Below, piece by piece: positions 38,001-52,820 of a DNA stretch of 64,000 nt. The notes beneath the pieces are model-generated. The model ran no database searches and was not told the origin of the DNA. It saw only the letters and a list, made by a program, of their open reading frames with translations. Position numbers and translations under genes: made by a program. Source of the DNA: the human T2T-CHM13v2.0 reference genome, Homo sapiens; assembly GCF_009914755.1 (NCBI RefSeq), contig NC_060928.1; one strand, written 5' to 3'. Position 1 is the stretch's first letter. Each line of letters starts with the position of its first letter.

Positions 38001-40254
38001 ACATAATTTTTTTAAATGATAAAAACTTTATACAATCTCATAGGTTAAATGATTTGCCTAAGGATACACAGTCATTGTGCACTGAAACTGTCTTAAATCT
38101 AAGCCCTACGGTATGGAGGTCTGTGCTTATTCCATAAAGTGTAGCTGAAACATTTAATTGTGCTTGGAACTAATTGGAACTAATTAATTGGAACTAACTA
38201 ATTAGTTCCAGTTAGTACTGGAATTAATAAAACTGGAATTAATTTGTCGCTGGTTTAAAAATATATGATTCAGAAGTCATTAATCTTGGATTGTTCTTAT
38301 TTTTATTTGAAATTATTAGAAGAAAATAGTTATATAGTTTTAACTAATTTGATATAAAAGCATGTTTTACAGCTAGTACCTAGATGTTTCCCTTGAAATA
38401 GAGTTTATATTAGAAAACCTAACACAACATTTTCTGTACTGTATGGTACAACATTTTCAAATGTCACTATGTGGAGTTATAATAAATGATTGGTAATATG
38501 CTTACTAATGACTTGCAAAATTTCTTTTTGGTAGAGCAGAAATGGTGACTAATTTATTTAGCTTCTGCTACTATAGATTAGCCTATTAATTTATTCAGTT
38601 GTTAAGATATATTTTAATTGTTTTAGTTTCCTAAAACAATGACAACAACAACAACAAACATGTTCTATATGAAGGTTATAATGAACTTACTAATAGGTTA
38701 TTGACTACTTATTCTTTTCATTCATCTTCTGCTGGGAAGGTATTGATTACTGTCCTTTGAATCATTCTCAAATTGCTCCACATCTACCTAAAATGGTTTT
38801 TATGATGACTTCATATTACTTTCATTTTCAATTGTCTATAACAGGACTCAGTAGAGAATAAAGAATGGTTCTATTTTTTTAAAAATAGAAAATGACAATA
38901 TGCAAAGATGTTTAATATCTGTAAGAGATGATATTAATTTTAGGTTTGTTCAATAATTTCCATCATTAGAATATGTTCCTTGGAAATCACAGAATGAAGA
39001 ATCTGATAGGAAATGTTAATAACATCAAATGGAATAAATTATTTTCTATGTTATAATAATCTGATTTAACTAATACTCTAAGAAGGTAAGTTTTCTTCTG
39101 CAATTGAGGGATTTAACTTTTTCAGACTGTGTTGTCCATCATATTGAGGGATGTATTGATTCCCATAGGTTTTTCTGGCCTTATGTATCAGAATGCTTTG
39201 CATCAAACATAACTATCTTGTTGTCTACCACAGTGAAGCTTCTGAAAAAATACAGTTTGTAAATTTTTTTGGTTATATGACATCATCATGGATTCTTAAA
39301 AAAAAAAAAGAAAGCCAATCCTCATTGACAGATTTTTAACTACTTATTGCTGGTAGTCTTGTGTTCTTGGATACAAGTGCAAGTATAAACATAATAACTA
39401 CAATCAAAGTAATATAAAATCCTTTTAATTTTGGAAGTTAGTGGGTTTAAATACCATATTTTAAATTGAGAGGGAGGTCGATAGGTATCTGTAGCCTAAA
39501 CAAAGCTTTAGTGTATGAGACAATTTTTAATTTTTTTGTTTATAATTTATTTGAGTACAGATTATGCTATATTCTATAAACATTCTATATTATATATTAT
39601 ATTATATTATTATTATATTATATATGCACCCGTTGCTGAAACTATGAAGAAAGTTTTTGTTTGCTTACCTTTTGAGGGATATTTTTTTGAAGTATTTTTA
39701 TCACAATATTTTCTTTTTATCACCTATAAAACTTCTTAATTTCAAGGAATTTGAGAATAAGAGTAGAGGTCAAAATCTTCTCTTTGCATCTTACTGTTGA
39801 GTGAAGGAGATCATTGTGACTTTCTTTTGCAGAAATTCTCTTCTATAGAATTAATCTTTGCATATAAAATGGGAATGAGAGGCTATGCTACTGTCGCCAC
39901 TCATGTTCTCATGATTAGAAGATGTTCTGGTTCTTTAAAATATAGTATATTTCAATGACTGTTTTGATTGGTAAAAATGAGTCTAATTTGAAAAGTATGT
40001 ACTTGATTGATTTTACTATAAAAGACAATTTCTATAGAGGCAATAGCAAATAATATAATATATAATATACCTTTTGAATTTCTAATCCTAAGAAACATAC
40101 CTTTGAGCTAAGAAGAAATGAGATCTAATAACTCTCTTAATGGAGATTATATATTTTATGATTTTAAACATTACCATCCAGAAGGTCTTGTTTATAACCA
40201 AACTTCAATATGAGATAATTTTCTTTCTGAGAAGAAATAAGAAATAGCAAAACA

Positions 40255-40536
40255 GGCTGGGTGTGGTGGCTCACACCTGTAATCCCAGCACTTTGGGAGG
40301 CCAAGGCGGGCAGATCACGAGGTCAGGAGATCTAGACCATCCTGGCTAACATGGTGAAACCCCGTCTCTACTAAAATTACAAAAAATTAGCCGGGGGTGG
40401 TGGTGGGTGCCTGTGGTCCCAGCTACTTGGAAGGCTGAGGCAGGAGAATGGCGTGAAACCAGGAGATGGAGATTGTGCCACTGCACTCCAGCCTGGGCGA
40501 CGGAGCGAGACTTTGTCTCAAAAAAAAAAAAAAAAA
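40255..40536 (+). mobile_element. AluY/Sc-type element with small right-arm deletion
   Basis: TSD aaatagcaaaaca; lacks the gcttgcagtgagcc segment near 40470. Confidence 0.92.
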
Positions 40537-40589
40537 TAGCAAAACATTATTCAACATGTAGAATGTTTTATATTTTCAGTATGGCTAAG

Positions 40590-41950
40590 AAGTATTATAC
40601 GTTGCTTAATTTCCAAATATTTGTGGACCTTCCAGTTTTCAATCTTTTTTAGTGTTTTATGGTGATCTGAGAACATAATGTATATGATTTCTATTCTGTT
40701 AATTTTGTTAAGATGTGTGCTGTGGCCCAGAATATGGTCTATATTGGTGAATGTTTTATGAGCTTGAAAAGAATGTGTATTTGGCTAGTACTGGATGAAA
40801 TATTTGATAAATGTCAATTAGATCAAGTTTACTGATAGTGCTGTATAGGTCAGATATATCCTTACCAATTATCTGCCAGGTTATTGATTACTAATTAAGA
40901 GATGTTAAAGTCTGAACTGTAATTGTGTATTTCTCTCTTTTTTTCCTTTCATTTACATTGTTTTAGCCCCATGTATTTTGATTCTCTTCTTTTAGGTACA
41001 TAAAGCTTTAGTATTGTAACATTTTGGAGAATTGGCCACTTTAACCTTATGTAATGCCCCCATTTTTCCTAATAATTCTTGCTCAGAAGTCTTCATTGCC
41101 TGATATTAATATAATAGCTTTCTTTTAATTAATATCAGCATGGTATATCTTTCTCTGACCTACAAAAGTCCTTATATTTAAAGCATTTTTCTTATAGACA
41201 AGATATTCTTGGATTTCTTAATCCACCCTTACAGTGATGTCTTTCAACTGGCATATTTAGATATTCAAATTTAAACTAATTATTGATATAGATCAATTAA
41301 TATCTACTATTTTTATAACTGATTTTGTTTTTTTCATTTTTCTTTTTTGTTTTCTTCTCATTTTCTGCATTCTCTGGTTTTAATTGAACAATTGAACAAG
41401 ACTCAATTTATTTCCTTTCTTAGCATATAAATTGTACTTCTTTAAATAATTAGTGGTTGATCTAAATGTACAATATACACTTTAACCTAAATCTACCTTC
41501 AAACCATAATACGCAAGTTCAAGAGGAGTACAGATGTTTTACAGCAAAATATTCTAAATTCCCTTTCCTTGTGATATTGCTGTCATTAATTTTATTTAAT
41601 ATATCACCCAATGCATTGTTACTATGAAAACTTTAAAAGTTATTTTAAAATCAATTAAGAATAAAAAATTAAAAAATTCTTTTGGCTTTCATTTATTCCT
41701 TCTCTTTTGGTCTTCTTTTTTTCTTTTTGTAAATCCAAATTTCTAACCTATACTATTTTTCTTCTGTCTGAATTAATCATTTAAACATTTTCTTCAATGC
41801 AAAAGTCCTGGCATTAAATTCACTCAGTCATTATTTGTCTGAGAAAGTCTTTATTTTTTATTTTGTTTTATTTTTGAAGGATAGTTCTGTAACAGCTCAA
41901 GGTTGTTGGAGTTTTTATTCTTTCAAATTTTTAAATATTTCACTTCAATC
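40590..41950 (-). mobile_element. Old L1M (MC/MD/ME-like) fragment, endonuclease and inter-ORF region
   Basis: gtggcccagaatatggtctatattggtgaatgtt...gaaaagaatgtgtatt matches antisense L1 endonuclease sequence. Confidence 0.75.
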
Positions 41951-41960
41951 TTTTTTACTG

Positions 41961-43140
41961 TTTTATTTTTTTAAATTGTACTTTAAGTTCTGGGATACAT
42001 GTACAGAACGTGCAGGTTTGTTACATAGGTATATATGTGCCATGGTGGTTTGCTGCACCCATCAACCCATCATCTACATTAGGTATTTCTCCTAATGCCA
42101 TCCCTCCCCTAGCCACCCACCACCCCCTGACAGGCCCTGGTGTGTGATGTTCCCCCCTGTGTCCATGTGTTCTCATTATTCAACTCCCACTTATGAGTGA
42201 GAACATGCAGTGTTTGGTTTTCTATTCCTGCATTAATTTGCTGAGAATGATGGTTTCCAGCTTCATCCATGTTCCTGCAAAGGAAATGAACTCATTTTTT
42301 ATGGCTGCATAGTATTCCATGGTGTATATGTGCCACATTTTCTTTATCCAGTCTATTATTGATGGGCATTTGGGTTGATTCCAAGTCTTTGCTATTGTGA
42401 ATAGTGCTGCAATGAACATGCATTTGCATGTGTCTTGATAGTAGAATGATTTATAATCCTTTGGGTATATACCCAGTAATGGGATTGCTGGGTCAAATGG
42501 TATTTCTGGTTCTAAATCCTTGAGGAATCTCCACACTGTCTTTCACAATGGTTGAACTAATTTACACTCCCACCAATGGTGTAAAAGCATCTATTTGTCC
42601 ACATCCTCTCCAGCATCTGTTGTTTGCTGACTTTTTAACCATCCCCATTCTAACTGGTATGAGATGGTATCTCATTGTGGCTTTGATTTGCTTTTCTCTA
42701 ATGACCAGTGATGATGAGCTTTTTTTCACATGTTTGTTTGCCACATAAATGTCTTCTTTTGTGAAGTGTCTGTTTATATCCCTCACCCACTTTTTGATGG
42801 GATTGTTTGTTTGTTTGTAAATTTGTTTAAGTTCCTTATAGATTCTGGATATTAGCCCTTTGTCAGATGATAGATGAAAAAATTTTCTCCCATTTTGTAG
42901 GTTGCCTCTTCCCTCTGATGATAGTTTCTTTTGCTGTGCAGAAGCTGTTTAGTTTAATTAGATCCCATTTGTCAATTTTGGCTTTTGTTGCCGTTGCTCT
43001 TGGTGTTTTAGTCATGAAGTCTTTGCCTGAATGGTATGACCCAGGTTTTCTTCTGGAGTTTTTATGGTTTTAGGTCTTATGTTTAAGTCTTTAATCCATC
43101 TTGAGTTAATTTTCATATAAGGTGTAAAAAGTGGTCCAAT
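41961..43140 (-). mobile_element. 5'-truncated L1PA (about PA7/8) 3' end
   Basis: Peptide [29 protein letters not shown]; L1PA 3' UTR. Confidence 0.95.
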
Positions 43141-43369
43141 TTTAGTAAAATAATTGATTTTCAGTTTGTTCTGATTTTCCATATCATAAGGATGAAAATG
43201 GAGACTTACTAACTCTTTATATGTTAAAGCTTAAATGAGAAGTTTCTTATTATACTTGCAAATTTGCATTTTCCTTGGTACAAATGGGATTGAGTGCCTT
43301 TCCCTATGTTTAAAAACATTTTTTTTTAAAGTTTTGTCAATTCCCTGTTTAAATGCTGTTTCTCTTCAA

Positions 43370-43592
43370 GTTCTCTATTGCTCCATAAAAATAACTCCCC
43401 AAGTTGGTGTTTAAAACTATAGTTTGTTATCTATTTTATTTTTCTGGGGTTGACTGGGCCCAATCCAGCAGCAGGTTGGTATTTTATGCAATTGTAGCCA
43501 CATGGCAGCTCGGGAGCTAGGGCTAGAGTAATCTGAAAATTTATCTGGCATGGATGTCCAAAATAGTTTATTTACATCTGGTTGTTTGGTAC
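43370..43592 (-). mobile_element. Old MLT1 (G/H-like) LTR fragment, apparently continuing at ~44250-44320 and ~47700-47950
   Basis: ctattgctcc..aaataactccccaa...tctggggttgactggg...gtaatctgaa; later pieces contain aatagcacagcataac and acctacccagatttga. Confidence 0.5.
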
Positions 43593-44250
43593 TTGCATAA
43601 GTTTTGTATTGTTGCCATACCAAATTACCATTAACATAGTGGCTTAAACAACACACATTTGTTATCTTACAGTTTTGTAGGTCAAAAATCTGACATACCA
43701 TTCACTGGGCTAAAACCAAATTGTTGATAGAGGCAATCAATAATTGTCTAGAGACTCCTTTAAATTATTAGTGCCTCCTTTCTGGAGGTGCTAGGCTGGG
43801 GTTTTGTCTATTTCCTGCTTACTTGGGCTATTGGCAGAATTCAGCTCTCAGTGACTCAGATTTTTACCTCAGCTATAGGTTGAGGTTTCTGTTTTCTTCT
43901 TGGCTGTCAGTTTAAGTGAGGACCCTTTGTAGCTCACTCTAGAAGCTGCCCATGTTCTTTGTCTCATGGCCCTCTTCTTCCATTTTCAAAGACAGCAATG
44001 TCAGCCTGAGTCTTATCTCTGTATCTTCCTTTAAGTCTATCCTCTTTTTACTTTTATTGCATCTCTCTGACTCAATGTTTGACCTTCCTCTTCCATTTGT
44101 AAAAGCCTAATAATCCAGAATAATATATCTATTTTAAGGTTTATATTCTTAGTCTCATATGCAAAGTTGCTTTTACCATGTAGGGTAACATAATCACATG
44201 TTCTGGGGATTAGAGCACAAACATTTTTGGGGACCATTATCTGCCCATGA
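43593..44250 (-). mobile_element. MLT1 (D/E-like) LTR
   Basis: caaattacca...gtggcttaaacaacacacatttgttatcttacagtt...gtaacataatcacatgttctggggattag. Confidence 0.75.
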
Positions 44251-44319
44251 TGTATTCATTGCCACTCTTTGTCCACATGGCATCTTGTATTCCAAGACCA
44301 TGCCACAAGGCTTGCCTCT

Positions 44320-47300
44320 CTTTTCTTTTTTTATTTTAAAATTTTGGAAAATTTTATATATTCAGTTGACACATGTGCAGGTTTCTTACATGGATATATT
44401 GTGTGATTTTAAAGTTTTGACTTGTACCAATCATCCAAACAGTGAACATTGTACTAAATAAGTAATTTTCAACCGCTATCTACCTCTTGATCCCCCTTCT
44501 TTGAGGTCTCCAGTGTCTAGTATTTCTCTCTGTATGTCCATGTGTGCCCATTGTTTAGTTCCCACTTATAAGTGAGGATATGTGTATTTGGTTTTCTGTT
44601 TTTCAGCCATTTCACTTAGGGCAGTGGCCTCCAGCTTTATCCAGGTTTCTGCAAAGGACATGATTTTATTCTCTTTTATGACTGCATAGTAACTCATAAT
44701 GTGTATATGCCACATTTTCTTTATGCTATCATCTAAATGTCCTAAGTTGATGGACACTTAGGTTGATTCCATGACTTTGTTATTGTAAATAGAGTTGCAA
44801 TAAACATACAAGTGCGGAGCCTTTTTGATATAATGATTTCTTTTTTTTTTTTTTTTTTGCAGAGATAGCCAGTCATGGGACTGCTGGATCAACTGGTAGG
44901 TACTATTTTTAGTTATTTGAGAAATCTCTTACTGTTTTCCATAGAGGTTGCACTGGTTTACATTCCCACCAATAGTGGATAACTGTTCCCTTTCCTCTGC
45001 ATCCCTGCCAACATCTGTTGTTTTTTGACTTTTTTATGATAGCCATTTTGACTGGTGTGAGATGGTATCTCGTTGTGATTTTAATTTGAATTTCTCTGAT
45101 AATGGGCAATTTTGAACATTTCTTCATGTATTTATTGGGCAATTGTATGTTTTCTTTTGAAAAATCTCTGTTCATGTCCTTTGCCCACTTTTTAATAGAG
45201 TTGTTTGTTTTTTCTTGCTGAGTTGAGTTCCTTGTAGATTACTGATATTAGTCCTTTGTCAGATGCATGGTTTGCAAATACTTTTTCCTATTCTGTGCAT
45301 TGTCTCTTTACTCTGTTGCCTATATTTTTTGCTGTGCGGAGCTTTTTAGTTTAAGTCTCATTTGTCTGTTTTTGCTGCATTTAATTTCGAGTTATTAGTC
45401 ATAAATTCTTTGCCTAGACCAATGTCCACAAGAGTTTTTCCTAGGTTTTCTTCTAGGATTTTGATAGTTTCAGATCTTACTTTTAAGTCTTAAATCCATT
45501 GTGAGTTAATTTTTGTGTATGGTGACAGATAGGGTTTCAGTCTCAGTCTTCTGCATATGGCAATCCAATTTTCCCAGCATCATTTATTGAAAAGGGGATC
45601 CCTTCCCCATTGAATGTTCTTGTTAACTTTGTTGAAGATCAGGTGGTCGTAGGTAGGTGGCTTTGTTCCTGGGTTCTCTATTCTGTTCCATTGATCTTTG
45701 TATCTATTTTTGTACCAATACCATGCTGTTTTGGTTACTATAGCTTATAGTATAATTTGAAATCAGGTAGGGAAATGCCTCCAGCTTCATTCTTTTTGTG
45801 CAAGACTGCTTTGACTATTTGTAGTATTTTTTAGTTGCATATAAATTTTAAGATTTTTTTCTGATTCTTTGAAATATAAGATTGATAATTTGACAGGAAT
45901 TGTTACCTGTAGACTGTTTTGTACAGTATGGTCTTTTCAGCAATATTGATTCTTCCAATCCATGGGCATGGGAAGTTTCTTCATTTGTTTCTGTCACTTA
46001 CGATATCTTTAATCAGTGTTTTGTAGTTCTCCTTGTATAGATCTTCCACTTCCTTGGGTTAAATGTATTTATTCCCAGGTATTTTGTGCATGTTGTGTAT
46101 ATTGTAAATGGAATTGAGTGCTTGATTTGGTTCTCAGCTTGAACATGGTGTATAGAATGGTACTGATTTTTGTACATTAATTTTGTATCCTGAAATTTTA
46201 CTGGGGTAATTTTACAAGTCTAGGAGTCTTTTGGAGGAGTCTTTAAGGTTTTCTAGGTATAAGATCATGTCATCAGAGAACAGAGATAATTTGACTTCTT
46301 CTTGGAATTTTAATTCTTTTTCTTTATTCTTCTTGCCTGATTGCTTTGGCTAGGACTTCCAGTACAACGTTAAATAGAAGTGGTGAGAATGGGCATTCTT
46401 ATCTTGTTCCATTTTTTAAGGAAGATGCTTTTGACTTTTTCCCATTCAGTATAATATTGGCTGTGGGTTTGTCATATATGTCTTTTAGTATTTTGAGATA
46501 TCCTCCTTTGATGCCTAGATTATTAAGGGCTTTTTTAAATAATAAATGAATGCTACATTTAATTGAATGCTTTTTTCTGTATCTATTGAGATGATCATAT
46601 GGTTTTTGTTTTTCATTCAGTTTATGTGGTGGATCATACTTATCGATATGCATATTTTGAACCATCCTTGCATCCTGAAATAAAACCCACTTAATCAGGA
46701 TGTGTTATCTTTTGTTATATGCTTCTGGATTTGGTTTGTTAGTATTTTGCTGAGGATTTTTGCATCTATGTTTATCAGGGATATCGGCTTATGGTATTTT
46801 TGTTGTTGTTGTTGTTGTTGTGTCCTTGCCTGATTCTGGTATCAGGGTTATGCTGGTTCTGCAGAATGAGTTGGGGAGGAATCCCTTCTCCTCGATGGTT
46901 TGAAATAGTTTCCGTAAGATTGGTAGGAGCCCTTTGTATGTCAGGTAAAATTTGGCTGTGAATTCATCTGGTCCTAAGCTTGTTGTTGTTAGGATAATTT
47001 TTATTACTGCCTCAATTTTATTACTTGTTATTGGTCTGTTCAACGTTTATATTTCCTCCTGTTTCAATCTTGGGGGTTGTATATTTTCATGAATTTGTCC
47101 TTTTCCTTTAGGTTTTCTAGTTTGTGCATGTACAGACACTCACAGTAGTGTCTGATGATATTTTGTATTTCTGTGATATCTAATGTAAAGTCATCTTTAT
47201 TTCTGATTGTGCTTGTTTGAATCTTCTGTGTTTTTCTTGGTTAACCTAGTTAGCAGTCTATTAATTTGGTTTCTCTTTTCAAAGAACCAACTTTTCATTT

Positions 47301-47690
47301 CATTGATCCTTTGTATCCTTATTTTGGTCTCAATTTTACTTAGTTCTGCTGTTGTCTTTGCCATTTCTTTTCTTCTGTTATTTTGAGGTTTGGTTTGTTA
47401 TTGTTTTATTAGCTCTTTGAGGTGTGGCATTAGGTTGTTAATTTGAGATAATTGTTTCTTTTTGATGTTGCCAAGTAATGCTACAAACTTTCCTCTTAGC
47501 ACTGTTTTTGCTGCATGTCAGAAGTTGTCATATGTTGTGTCTCTATTTTCATTCATTTCAAAATTTCTTTTATGATTTCTTGCTTTAATTTTATCATTCA
47601 CCCAAAAATTGCTCATCAACATATAGTTTAGTTTTCATGTTTGTATAGTTGTGAGAGTTCCTCTTGGTATTGACTTCTAATTTTAATCCA
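44320..47690 (-). mobile_element. 5'-truncated L1PB3/4-type LINE (~3.4 kb of ORF2 and 3' UTR)
   Basis: Peptides YDKPTANIILNG, MNRPITSNKIEAVIK and [21 protein letters not shown]. Confidence 0.92.
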
Positions 47691-47989
47691 CCTACATCAC
47701 TTGCCTTTCTAAGGGAATGGTTATACCAAAGTTATAACACTTTTTACCTGGTAGCTTGCTTCCAAGGAGGAACTCCCCTAGAACCCTGAAGAGTCAGACA
47801 GTAGAAGCTGCCAGATCATTTTGGCAGTATACCAAGAAATAGCACAGCATAACGTACCTTCTATAATCCTATATGGCCGAAACAGCCACATGACCTACCC
47901 AGATTTGAGAAAATGAAGACAACAGATCCACATCAACTCTCTTATTTGTGAAGTCAAATTGTGGGATGGAAATATGTAATAAGCTACAA

Positions 47990-48480
47990 TTTTCATTTCC
48001 AATTGCTGTGTAAAAATCTACTCCCAAATTTAGTAACTCTAAAACCAGTCTTATGATTTTTATGGAAGCAGTCATAGTTAGATACTAGATGAGACTTCAA
48101 TAATCTGAATTCTCATCTAGTCTAGATATCCAAGATGGTACACTCACATGGCTGCAGTTGATGTTGGGTTTTTGCTAGGAGCTCAGTGTGAGCTACTGCC
48201 TGGCGTGTCTACACTTGGCTGCTTTATGTGGTTTGAATTTGAGAATGAGTGTTTTAAGAGACCCAAGTAAAAACTGTAAGACATTATAACTCCACCTTGG
48301 ATGCCTCAGAAGGTCATTTGATCTGCATTCTATTGGTAAGTCAAAGGATTTGGGTCAGCTTAGATTCGAGGTGAGGAGAAAAAGGCCTCTGGATGGGGTT
48401 GTGGAAAAGTCAGTGCAGAAGAGCATATGGAGTGGGAGCTACTCTTGTTACCCTCTTTGGAAAACATAATTTACCATATA
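47990..48480 (-). mobile_element. Old MLT1 (H-like) LTR
   Basis: aattgctgtgtaaaaatctactcccaaatttagt...tccaagatggtacactcacatggctgcagttgatg...ctttggaaaacataatttaccata. Confidence 0.6.
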
Positions 48481-48539
48481 TTTTGCTCATTTTTGTGTTT
48501 GGTTATTGTATTTTTCTAACTTTTTATGGAGGCTCTTTT

Positions 48540-49010
48540 TGTATTGTTCTGGTTATCTATTGTGTCATAAACCACCTTGGAAGCTCAATGGCAGATCAAC
48601 AATTTATAATTATCTTTTTTGGTTTTGAGGGTTGATGAACACAGCTGGGTGGTTTTTGTTGGATGTTTATCTTGTTATGGCAGTCAGATGACATCTGGGA
48701 CTATAGTTATCTGAATACTTATTTATTTACATAAACAGCTAGGGGCTACTCAGGTATCTCTCTTCAAGCAGTTTCTCAGCATGGCCAGTTTAGGCTTCCT
48801 CACCGCCATGGGGGCCTCAGGGCTCCAACTGATCAGGGCAGAAAGTGCTGATCTTTTTAAAGGAAAGGCCTAAAACAGACATAGCATCACTTTTGCTTAA
48901 CTATAGTTTTGAAATAATCATTTGTCAGTCCAAAGCCGAGGGGCGGGGAAATATACTGTCTCTAAAAGGAAAGAATGTTAACAAACTTAGAGCTATCTTC
49001 AATCTGTTAC
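48540..49010 (-). mobile_element. Old MLT1 (G/H-like) LTR
   Basis: gttatctattgtgtcataaaccacc...cagctgggtggttt...ggcttcctcaccgccatgggggcctcagg...catagcatcactttt. Confidence 0.6.
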
Positions 49011-49628
49011 ATACATAAAGAAAAACAGAAAATAGCTCCTTCCTTGTTATGTGAGTTGCAAGTGATTTTTCAAGTTTGTTTCCTGTCATGGTTTTTTTTG
49101 TACTCAGCAAACAAAAAAATAATAATTTGTGTTCACATCTACTTATATCTTTATAGTTCTTTGTTTTGTGTTTAGAAATACTTTTCTTATTCGTGACTTA
49201 CTTTTAAAAAATTCTTACATTTTCTTCTAATGCTGTTACGGACTTCTTTTTCTGTGTTTAAACCTTTGAACCACATGTAATTTATTTTTCTTTATGTTTA
49301 TTTTATAAATATACTTAAAAAGTCTTGGGACTACTCTGTGTTTTCAATATTACTTATTAAGCAGTATATCTTCATTCACCCCACTAGTTTTGTTCTCTTA
49401 TAATCAAACATCTTTATGAGTCTAATCCATTTTGAACATTTTCATCTGTTCTTTTGATCTATCTATTCACGTACAAGAAAAATGGTTTTAAAAATTGTGG
49501 TTTTATATCACCTAGAAGGTATATATTTCTCAATATGATTCCTTGTCAGAATGTTCTTTGAAATTCTTGCTTATTTATTTTTCCATTAAAATATCAGAAT
49601 TAGCGTCTCTGGTTCCAAAAAGTTCTAA

Positions 49629-49967
<339 letters not shown>

Positions 49968-52299
49968 AAAATGTGTATGTTTTTTAACATATAATGCACC
50001 TATCCAAGAAGGTAGTATGACTTTCCAATTATTTTTCTGATTTGTGATGTTTATTATTAAAAGGGAGAGGTGAAATTCATGATATTTTCTTCATCAGCCT
50101 CTTAAATTTTGTTTTACATAGATATTATACATGTTTTGTTTAAATTATTCCTGTAATTCTCTTTTTATCCTAGTTATCATTATTTTCTAATAAAACCATC
50201 GAGTATGTTATCATTTGTATATGCTTTTCTCAGACATACTTCTGATTTCTTTATTTATTATCTTTTTTTAGTTCCTTTTAGTTTTCTGAGTAAAAAATTA
50301 TATTATCCCAAATAATAGTAATTTTTATCTCTAAAAGTATACGTTTAAAAAAATTGTAAATGACACAGTTTTCTCAAGTATATTTGTCTACTGGGGTAGA
50401 AGGACATATCTTCAAATGGAAATGTTTATATGTGCATATAATTAAATATCACATATTATTCATAACATGAATTTACCACTGGAGTTTCATGAATTTGTGT
50501 TTGGAAACATTTGATCCTGTCCAACTTCTGTGTTTTACGTATGAGAGAAGAAAGATTTAAGAATTTAAGTGACCCAGTGGAAACTTGCTACCTAGTTATG
50601 ACTGAGAATTAGGGTGACTAAGTCATCTGGGTCAGAGGGAATTGACACAGCCTATCTCTACCTACTATTCCTTCCCTTAGTTATACTTTCTACCTCAATT
50701 AAATGAAACTGCTTTCAATCCCTTGCCCTGGCTCCATGCCTTTACCTGTGTTATTTTTCCTGCATATGGTGCCTCTCTCCCATATCCATAATTCTAGTCT
50801 CTCCCCAATCATTTTGAAAACTCACATCTTGTTTTTATCATCCTTCCATGATCCTCACTCTCCATAAAATACAACACTACCCTCGCAAACCAAGTATTGC
50901 TGTGTACCTTTCTCATGGCTCATATCGTTTTGTAACTTATGCTCACTTGTGTGCATGTATTACATTCCTTTCTAGGCCATATTTTACTTGTTGTGCTCAG
51001 TCTTGTCATACTTCCAATTTTTAGCACAGTGCATTGAACATAATTGAAAACTGAAGATGATTCTTGAGTTAACGACTAATAACATTCATATTTATTGAGC
51101 CATTATGTATACATGTCTAATCTATTTACAACAAAATTTATGTGCAAGTACACAGATTTATACACATACCTCCATACATATACATATGCAGATACAAGCT
51201 CTAGTGTTGATAATTTTCAATATATTTAAATCATCAATGAAGATGTTCTTATATTTCTGATAAGAAAATTATATTCAGTGTTTCGAAGGTCAGTATATTC
51301 TGACATTAGCATGTAAAATGGATATTAACATTATGTAGATAAATGTCTTTTGTAAATTTATTATAGTAAGGAGAAGCATTGCATGTTTCAATATTTGTAA
51401 CTGATTATCAGAAAATGTAAAATTTTTAAAATAAAATGTTTCAAAAAACACATTTTATTTATAAATCTATACTTAGAGAAACACTGTATATGGGTGACGT
51501 ATAACTGACTAGAGAATCATAATCACATTGTCATATTTTTTCAAGGCTTAGGTCATTGCTTACAATGGAAAGTTTCCTGCTATTAGTACAGTATAAGAAC
51601 AGGAGGCAAATTCTGTTAATTAGAAACAAAAAATTCTATAAATGAGTGATAAATATGATGAGAACAAATTAAATGCAGACGGATTTGAGAAGTGCTAGCA
51701 CTCATGATGAGAGTTTCAAGTCTGTTTTATCACAAAGGAATAGATTGGAAAAACCTGAATACATTACCTGTCCAGGTGGGCAATAAATAAGATTAACTTC
51801 TTATACAAAATGTATTTTCTATCAAAAAAGGTAGGTTTTTTTTACTTGACTTATTTACGTTCATTTTCTTTACGGAGTATGCCATCTGTTACTCTGACAT
51901 GTTATATAGTAGAAGGGCATTCTGGATGCTGCTCTATGCCCCAATAAGCATTCTTTTCATTATTCACAAAGTCAAAATTGAGAATACATCACCTGTACTA
52001 TCACATGCCTTTCTCAAAAGTCAACCATTTGAAGAGTAGCCCCAAATGAGAATTTTTTTTGATGTAAAATATCTGAAAAAGATTTTATTCTATTTATTTG
52101 AATATTTTTTATGACAGATATATTTCCTTCTTGGTACTTAACCAAGGGTTCAGAGGTAGATTAAGTTTTCTTCCCTATTTATTTTACAGGAGAGTTTATT
52201 TGTGCTTTATTTTTAAGGAAAAGTATTCGCTAACTATTAAGTAAATTTCTATTTGTCAAAAGCTGGTAGTAGTATCTGTTAAGGAAAACCATATACATA

Positions 52300-52820
52300 A
52301 TCTAAGACCTAGAAATCCAATAGAAATGTGTACATATAATCACCAAAAGTTATGTAGTAGAATGTTCACAATAGCCACATTTGTATTAGTCTCAAATTGA
52401 ACACTATCCCAAATACCTGCTAAGAGAGGAATGGGTAAATATATTATAGTGTCCTCACAAAATGCAATGCCATACAGCAATGAAAATGAACAAACTATAC
52501 TATATGTAATAATCTGGAGGGATCACACACACATAAATGATGAGTGAAAGGACCCAGATACAAAAGCCTGCATATTAAATGGGTCTATGTAAATAAAAGT
52601 TCAAAACAGAGAAAAATAACCTGTGCTGTGAGAAGTGAATATAGTTGGGGCAGTGACTGGAGGAAGCATTTGAGGGACCTTTGATGCTGGTAACGTAGTA
52701 ATGCCTGTTATGGGTGTTCATTAAATGAGTGTACTCTGTTAAAGAAAGTCATTAAGCTTTTGAACTTATGGTATGTGTGCTGTTCTGTATATATATTTTA
52801 ATTTAGTAAAAACGTTAAAA
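52300..52820 (+). mobile_element. Old L1ME-type 3' end
   Basis: agaatgttcacaatagc...atacagcaatgaaaatgaacaaacta...gagtgaaaggacccagatacaaaag. Confidence 0.7.

Noticed and set aside
38940-39095. Candidate exon ending at a consensus donor aag/gtaagt near 39085
   Set aside because: No open frame and no partner exons. Isolated splice motifs (also a minus-strand one near 3585) are expected by chance. A lncRNA exon cannot be excluded without RNA data.
43730-43777. Imperfect hairpin gaggcaatcaataatt / aattattagtgcctc in the MLT1 LTR
   Set aside because: Short and mismatched; cannot be distinguished from chance.
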